Below are positions 58,318 to 64,000 of a stretch of 64,000 nt of DNA, piece after piece. Every line of letters starts with the position of its first letter. The first letter of the stretch is position 1. Under the pieces are notes generated by a model that worked only from the letters and a program-made list of their open reading frames with translations, had not been told where the DNA came from and did not search any database. The stretch spans positions 94,550,001 to 94,614,000 of the forward strand of contig NC_043005.1 of assembly GCF_006345805.1 (NCBI RefSeq), given 5' to 3'. The position numbers were made by a program, and so were the translations under genes. Origin of the DNA: Octopus sinensis. Lineage: Eukaryota.

Positions 58318-59640
58318 CTCTCTCTCTCTATCTCCTCTCTCCCCTCTATCTGTCCGTCTCTTTTCCTCTCTCTCTCTATCCCCCTCTCTCCCCTCTATCT
58401 GTCCGTCTCTTTTCCTCTCTCTCTCTCTATCCCCCTCTCTCCCCTCTATCTGTCTGTCTCTTTTCCTCTCTCTTGCTCTGTCTCTCTCTCTCTCTCTATC
58501 CCCCTCTCTTCCCTCTATCTGTCCGTCTCTTTTCTTCTTCTCTCTCTATCCCCCTCACTCTCCTCTATCTGTCCCCCTCTCTTCCTCTCTCTCTCTCTAT
58601 CTCCCTCTCTCCCCTCTATCTGTCCGTCTCTTTTCCTCTCTCTCTCTCTCTCTCCCCCTCTCTCTCTATCCCCCTCTCTCCCCTCTATTTGTCCGTCTCT
58701 TTTCTTCTCTCTTTCTCTCTCTCTCTCTCTATCCCCCTCTCTTCCCTCTATCTGTCCGTCTCTTTTCCTCTCTCTTTCTATCCCCCTCTCTCCCCTCTAT
58801 CTGTCTGTCTCTTTTCCTCTCTCTTTCTCTCTCTCTCTCTATCCCCTTCTCATCCCTCTATCTGTCCGTCTCTTTTCTTCTCTCTTTCTATCCCCCTCTC
58901 TCCCCTCTATCTATCTGTCTCTTTTCCTCTCTCTTTCTCTCTCTCTCTCTATCCCCCTCTCTCCCCTCTATCTGTCTGTCTCTTTTCCTCTCTCTTTCTC
59001 TCTCTCTCTCTATCCCCCTCTCTCCCCTCTATCTGTCCGTCTCTTTTCCTCTCTCTTTCTCTCTCTCTCTTCTATCCCTTTCTCATCCCTCTATCTGTCC
59101 GTCTTTTCTTCTCTCTCTCTTCTCTCTCTCTCCTCTCTCTATCCCTTTCTCATCCCTCTATCTGTCCGTCTCTTTTCTTCTCTCTCTCTCTATCCCCCTC
59201 TCTCCCCTCTATCTGTCCGTCTCTTTTCTTCTTCTCTCTCTCTATCTCTATCCCCCTCTCTCCTCTATCTGTCCCCCTCTCTTCCCTCTATCTGTCCGTC
59301 TCTTTTCCTCTCTCTTTCTCTCTCTCTCTCTATCCCCCTCTCTTCCCTCTATCTGTCCGTCTCTTTTCTTCTCTCTCTCTATCCCCCTCACTCTCCTCTA
59401 TCTGTCCGTCTCTTTTTCTCTCTCTCTCTCTCTCTATCCCCCTCTCTCCCCTCTATCTGTCCGTCTCTTTTCCTCTCTCTCTCTCTCTATCCCCCCTCTC
59501 CTCCTCTATCTGCCTGTCTCTTTTCTTCATTCTCTCTTTCTCTATCCCCCTCTCTCCCCTCTATCTGTCCGTCTCTTTTCCTCTCTCTCTCTCTATCCCC
59601 CTCTCTCCCCTCTATCTGTCTGTCTCTTTTCCTCTCTCTT

Positions 59641-59673
<33 letters not shown>

Positions 59674-60075
59674 ATCCCCTTCTCATCCCTCTATCTGTCC
59701 GTCTCTTTTCTTCTCTCTCTCTCTATCCCCCTCTCTTCCCTCTATCTGTCCGTCTCTTTTCTTCTCTCTCTCTCTATCCCCCTCTCTCCCCTCTATTTGT
59801 CCGTCTCTTTTCCTCTCTCTTTCTCTCTCTCTCTCTATCCCCCTCTCTTCCCTCTATCTGTCCGTCTCTTTTCTTCTCTCTTTCTATCCCCCTCTCTCCC
59901 CTCTATCTGTCTGTCTCTTTTCTTCATTCTCTCTCTCTCTCTCTCTCACCTCTATCTGTCCGTCTCTTTTCCTCTCTCTCTCTCTTTAGTATCCCCATCC
60001 CACCCCTCTATCTGTCTGTCTCTCTTCTTCTCTCTCTCTCTCTTTCTGTCTGTCTTCCCCCCTCTCTCTCTCTCT
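58318..60075. repeat. Pyrimidine-strand minisatellite, about 31 units
   Basis: Unit is atccccctctctcccctctatctgtccgtctcttttc plus a variable (CT)n spacer. I counted about 31 tgtc(c/t)gtctc-type anchors. Confidence 0.95.
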
Positions 60076-60270
60076 CTCAGGTCTCTGACTTCCTCTACCA
60101 ATTTCTCTTTCTTATATCTATTCTTTCCCAACAACCACTCATTTTACTTCACCTATTTCATTCGTTCCAACACACTCCAACGCTCTCTTTGTCTCATCTC
60201 CATCCTGTACATCTCACTTGTTATTCTTTCATTCTTCATTCATTTGTACTTTCTCTCTCTCGCACACGAG

Positions 60271-60320
<50 letters not shown>

Positions 60321-61058
60321 GTTTCTTTCTGTCTTTCTTTCCTTCCTTCCTTCTTTCGTTCTTTCTTGTTTTTTTTTTTTATCTATCTATCTATCTATCT
60401 ATCTATCTGTCTAGCTGGCTGACTGGTTGGCTGTCTAGCTAGCTACCTGTCAGTCTATTTATACACCTGTCTGTCTGATTGACTGACTCCCCCCTCTCTC
60501 TCTGGAAACCAAGGTTCGATACGACTTCAAATATTCTCTTCAAACTAATTCATTATTTCATTTCACTTCACTTCAGTCAAGCCACTTATATCATTAACAA
60601 TGTCACGTTCTCCTCTCCATTTCATTTCATCCACCCGATGAATGTCTTTCAAAAGTAATAACAAAGAAAAGTTAATATCATCAGGCTGAGATGTGACAAC
60701 GTGGTTTCAGTCTTTGAAGCTAATTCAATTCAGTTAACTACATTTAAGTAGTATATACCATTAGGAAAGTCATAAAGTCACAATGTCCCATTCATTCTTC
60801 CCATTCCAATTGCTTTAAAATATAATCACTTATTCAAAAGCCAAAATAAAACACAATATATGGTCACTCGATTTATTAGATCGATCAATCTAATCGCCTT
60901 TAAATCATACCCTTCCGTCTTAAATAAGGAAAGGTTACGATGGATAAAATACCTCTCGATACCTCTAATATGCGTGTTCTGGTAGTCGATGGGGAACAAA
61001 TATGTAAAAATGTAAATATGAATTTCTTCCTAATAGCTGTATGCAGTTTAGTGATGTA

Positions 61059-61757
61059 CAAGGGGTGCTAAAAAGCTCTTGGCTTTCAGGGTTACCTCCC
61101 CATTTTCAGGGGAGGTAGGACAACTATTTAGGAGAAGGTATGCAAAAAGTGCATGATAGTATACAATATATGTTTGTTTCTTTGCAGATTTAACGCACGA
61201 TGGCAGTTCCTACAGTTAATTTTGGTAAAATTGAAGCACGGACGGTCATGAAGCTCCTCTCTTTGCAAGGTAAAGGAGCAGCGGGAATCCATGGCGAGAT
61301 TAAGGTAGTTTTGAAGGATGGCTGCCCATTTTACTTCACAAGATCTCGGACTGGTCATTTCGAGGTTACAGATGAACTCCGATGAGGACGACCAACTTCC
61401 GTAGCCACAAAGGACAAACCGTGGCTGTGAACCTCATGATTATCGAGAATCGCTAGATTTCAGCTCAAGTTGTTGCTGAGACTCTGATGATTTCCCGCGA
61501 AAGAGTTGGCCACTTTATCCACTGCATTCTGGACATGAGAAAGCTTTCCGTAAAATAGGTACCGAAATGTCTGAACGCAGATCACAAGCGCATCAGAGTG
61601 ACTATCAAAGGCGATTTTGGACCGGTTTGCAGCGGGAGAGGCTTTTATGGCTCGTGTACCTACCATGGATGAAACTTGTTTCCATCATTATGATCCCCAG
61701 ACCAAGCAGCAATCAATGAATTGGCGCCACAGCGGTTCACCGCGTCCCAAGAAGTTT
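61059..61757 (+). mobile_element. Mariner transposon 5' half, degenerate (irritans-like by inference)
   Basis: TA followed by TIR-like caaggggtgctaaaaagctcttggc. Translation IEARTVMKLL...GRPTSV...MRKLSVK*VPKCL...TMDETCFHHYDPQTKQQSMNWRHSGSPRPKKF. The 3' half is absent. Confidence 0.85.
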
Positions 61758-62035
61758 CCCTTCACAATCGTACGTGGAAATGACATTTGCTGCAGGGAAC
61801 AACTTTTCCGAAGAGACTTTGTGTGTAAAAGCACAACACTTTCTAAATGACGTTAACACACAAGCACACAGTGATAGTTCGGCTTAAGTTTGCAACCCCA
61901 GCGATGAACAATGCCTGGTTCTTTCGAGCCGGTTAAGAACATCTGTAATATAAAAAAAATCAGTAAACGAAGAATTTTGCGGATATGTGCAGAGGCTTGT
62001 CAAGCTGGGGTTGATATATATTTCTTTATTGCCTA

Positions 62036-62302
62036 CAAGGGGCTAAACATAGAGGGAACAAACAAGGACATACGAAGGGATTAAGTCGATTACATCGACC
62101 CCACTGCGAAACTGGTACTTTATTTATCGACCCCGAAAGGATGAAAGGCAAAGTCGACCTCCGCGGAATTTGAACTCAGAACGTAACGACAGACGAAAAG
62201 CTATTTCTTTACTACCCACAAGGGGCTAAACACAGAGGGGACAAACGAGGACAGATAAACGGATTAAGTCGATTACATCGACCCCAGTGCGTAACTGGTA
62301 AT
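62036..62302 (-). mobile_element. SINE (8039 family) as head-less tandem units
   Basis: Two successive bodies. The minus-strand junction gggtagtaaagaaatagc|ttttcgtctgtcgttacgttctgag is at the same position as the junction at 10069. Confidence 0.85.
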
Positions 62303-62859
62303 TGATATATACGCACATAAAGCAACAAAGATCAAAACAATAACATGTACAGTTCTTTATGACAAAATCAGGCACATTTGAAGGTGGGAATAGCTTTCGC
62401 AACTGGATTTCATCAATTTTGCTATTGATACAGTATTTGCTCTGTCCATATTCACACAATCTATTTCTATTTTAATCTTCATTTTACTTTTTGTTTACTC
62501 TTGATACAAAAGCATATCTTTAAGGCAGGTCTTAAAAATGGCCACTCTAATGTTTAAAACCGTAAATATTACCTAAAACTTCACTTGGAACTTTTGCGTG
62601 AACTGTCATTGAAGAGTTGGTACAGTAACAATTGTAACTGGTCATTGAAGATGAGTTAAATCTTCCTCTGCCTTCTTATTTGGATTATATTTTACTCCTC
62701 GCTAAACCCACGTAGCGGTTTTAACGTTGTGGAATCTGGATTTTTTACACCTGAAGAACGTCAATATTAGACTGAGATCCGACAATGTAAAGAGCTCGGG
62801 TTGAGTGCTGCATTGGAAATACCCCATCTTTCTACCTTCCTAGAGGTATATATTATATG

Positions 62860-62915
<56 letters not shown>

Positions 62916-63201
62916 GTGTGTGTGCGTGTGTGTGTGTAACGCGCTACGTTATTTGAATATATATTTTTTTGTGAGTAACATTTAACTATTTGAAGCTCTT
63001 GAATTTATTCCACTTTCTATGATTTAGTTTTTATTCAACACGGACTGGAAGTCGTTTTGTTTATTATTTGTATTCGAAATTTCATTTTGCTGTCATCTTT
63101 TGTCATAATGCTCAACTGTTTTTATGTTCATAAATTCTGATGATCAAATTAACTTTCTTCTTTTACTCGTTCGTAATTCTAATCAATGCATATTTACTAC
63201 G

Positions 63202-63399
63202 CTCTTTTACTCTTTTCAGTCATTTGACTACGGCCATGCTGGAGCACCGCCTTTAGTCGATCAAATCGACCCCGGGACTTATTCTTTGTAAGCCCAGTAC
63301 TTATTCTATCGGTCTCTTTTGCCGAACCGCTAAGTGACGGGGACGTAAACACGCCAGCATCGGTTGTCAAGCAATGCTAAGGGGACAAACACAGACACA

Positions 63400-63479
<80 letters not shown>

Positions 63480-63651
63480 CATATATACGACAGACTTCTT
63501 TCAGTTTCCGTCTACCAAATCCACTCACAAGGCATTGGTCGGCCCGGGGCTATAGCAGAAGACACTTGCCCAAGATGCCACGCAGTGGGACTGAACCCGC
63601 AACCATGTGGTTGGTTAGCAAGCTACTTACCACACAGCCACTCCTGCGCCT
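63202..63651 (-). mobile_element. Full-length tRNA-derived CORE-type SINE with internal (TA)/(TG) repeat (OR2-like by inference)
   Basis: On the minus strand: A box tggctgtgtggtaag, B box gggttcagtccc, CORE-like ggcatcttgggcaagtgtcttct, internal microsatellite, cagtcaaatgactg-type hairpin and (AAAAGAGT)n tail. Confidence 0.9.
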
Positions 63652-64000
63652 TCATCTGTGTTTATATCATTTGTGTTTATACTTATGCCACTATTGCTTA
63701 TTCTACTTCATATCATTCCACTATATCTCACTATTACCTTTTATATTCAACTTAATGAGAACTATCACGTATTCAACTTTATTCTATTTACTTGTTACAC
63801 TGCAAACATGTATTTCTTGAAGCAGAACAAGAAACAGAAATAATTCGAAATTAGTCCGAATATTCAGAAGGCCAAGGTATGGCGGTTCCTCCTCAGACCT
63901 AAACAAGAAATGTTGTTCGTTACGAGCTTTTGCTGTGAATGTGAATAATAGTGTTTATTATGCACATCTATAGCTTTTGGGCAGAATGTATCAAGTATGT

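Noticed and set aside
58222-60422. Three overlapping 585-730 aa Ser/Leu/Pro-rich ORFs
   Set aside because: They are open in all three frames only because the CT-rich strand cannot form stop codons. There is no coding signal.

Overview
This is eukaryotic, AT-rich, non-genic DNA, very dense in microsatellites and transposable elements. The SINE families and repeat landscape look most like an octopod cephalopod, but that is an inference I cannot confirm without a search. I found no credible host protein-coding exon. Nearly all long ORFs in the track are artefacts of simple repeats, including the 585-730 aa ORFs at 58.2-60.4 kb. Real coding remnants all belong to mobile elements: (1) three R4/Dong-type REL-endonuclease non-LTR retrotransposons sitting in (TAA)n tracts, with a poly-Glu tract that varies between copies (23, 8 and 37 acidic residues); (2) one near-full-length and two truncated RTE-clade LINEs next to TATG repeats, with 1-3 C-terminal C2H2-like zinc fingers; (3) a rearranged Penelope-like element (inverted N-terminus, GIY-YIG C-terminus, degenerate minimal hammerhead motif); (4) two mariners, a DD37D-like Tc1/mariner remnant and a probable Tigger/pogo remnant. 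Non-coding elements include two complete non-autonomous Helitrons, at least three tRNA-derived SINE families (one forming head-less tandem multimers), a ~535 bp non-coding element nested in (TAA)n, a perfect 264 bp spacer-less palindrome flanked by (TA)n, and a 1.75 kb pyrimidine-strand minisatellite. The most interesting theme is that different retroelements appear to occupy different microsatellite types. I see no evidence of a new host gene system. Coordinates of degenerate repeats are approximate.
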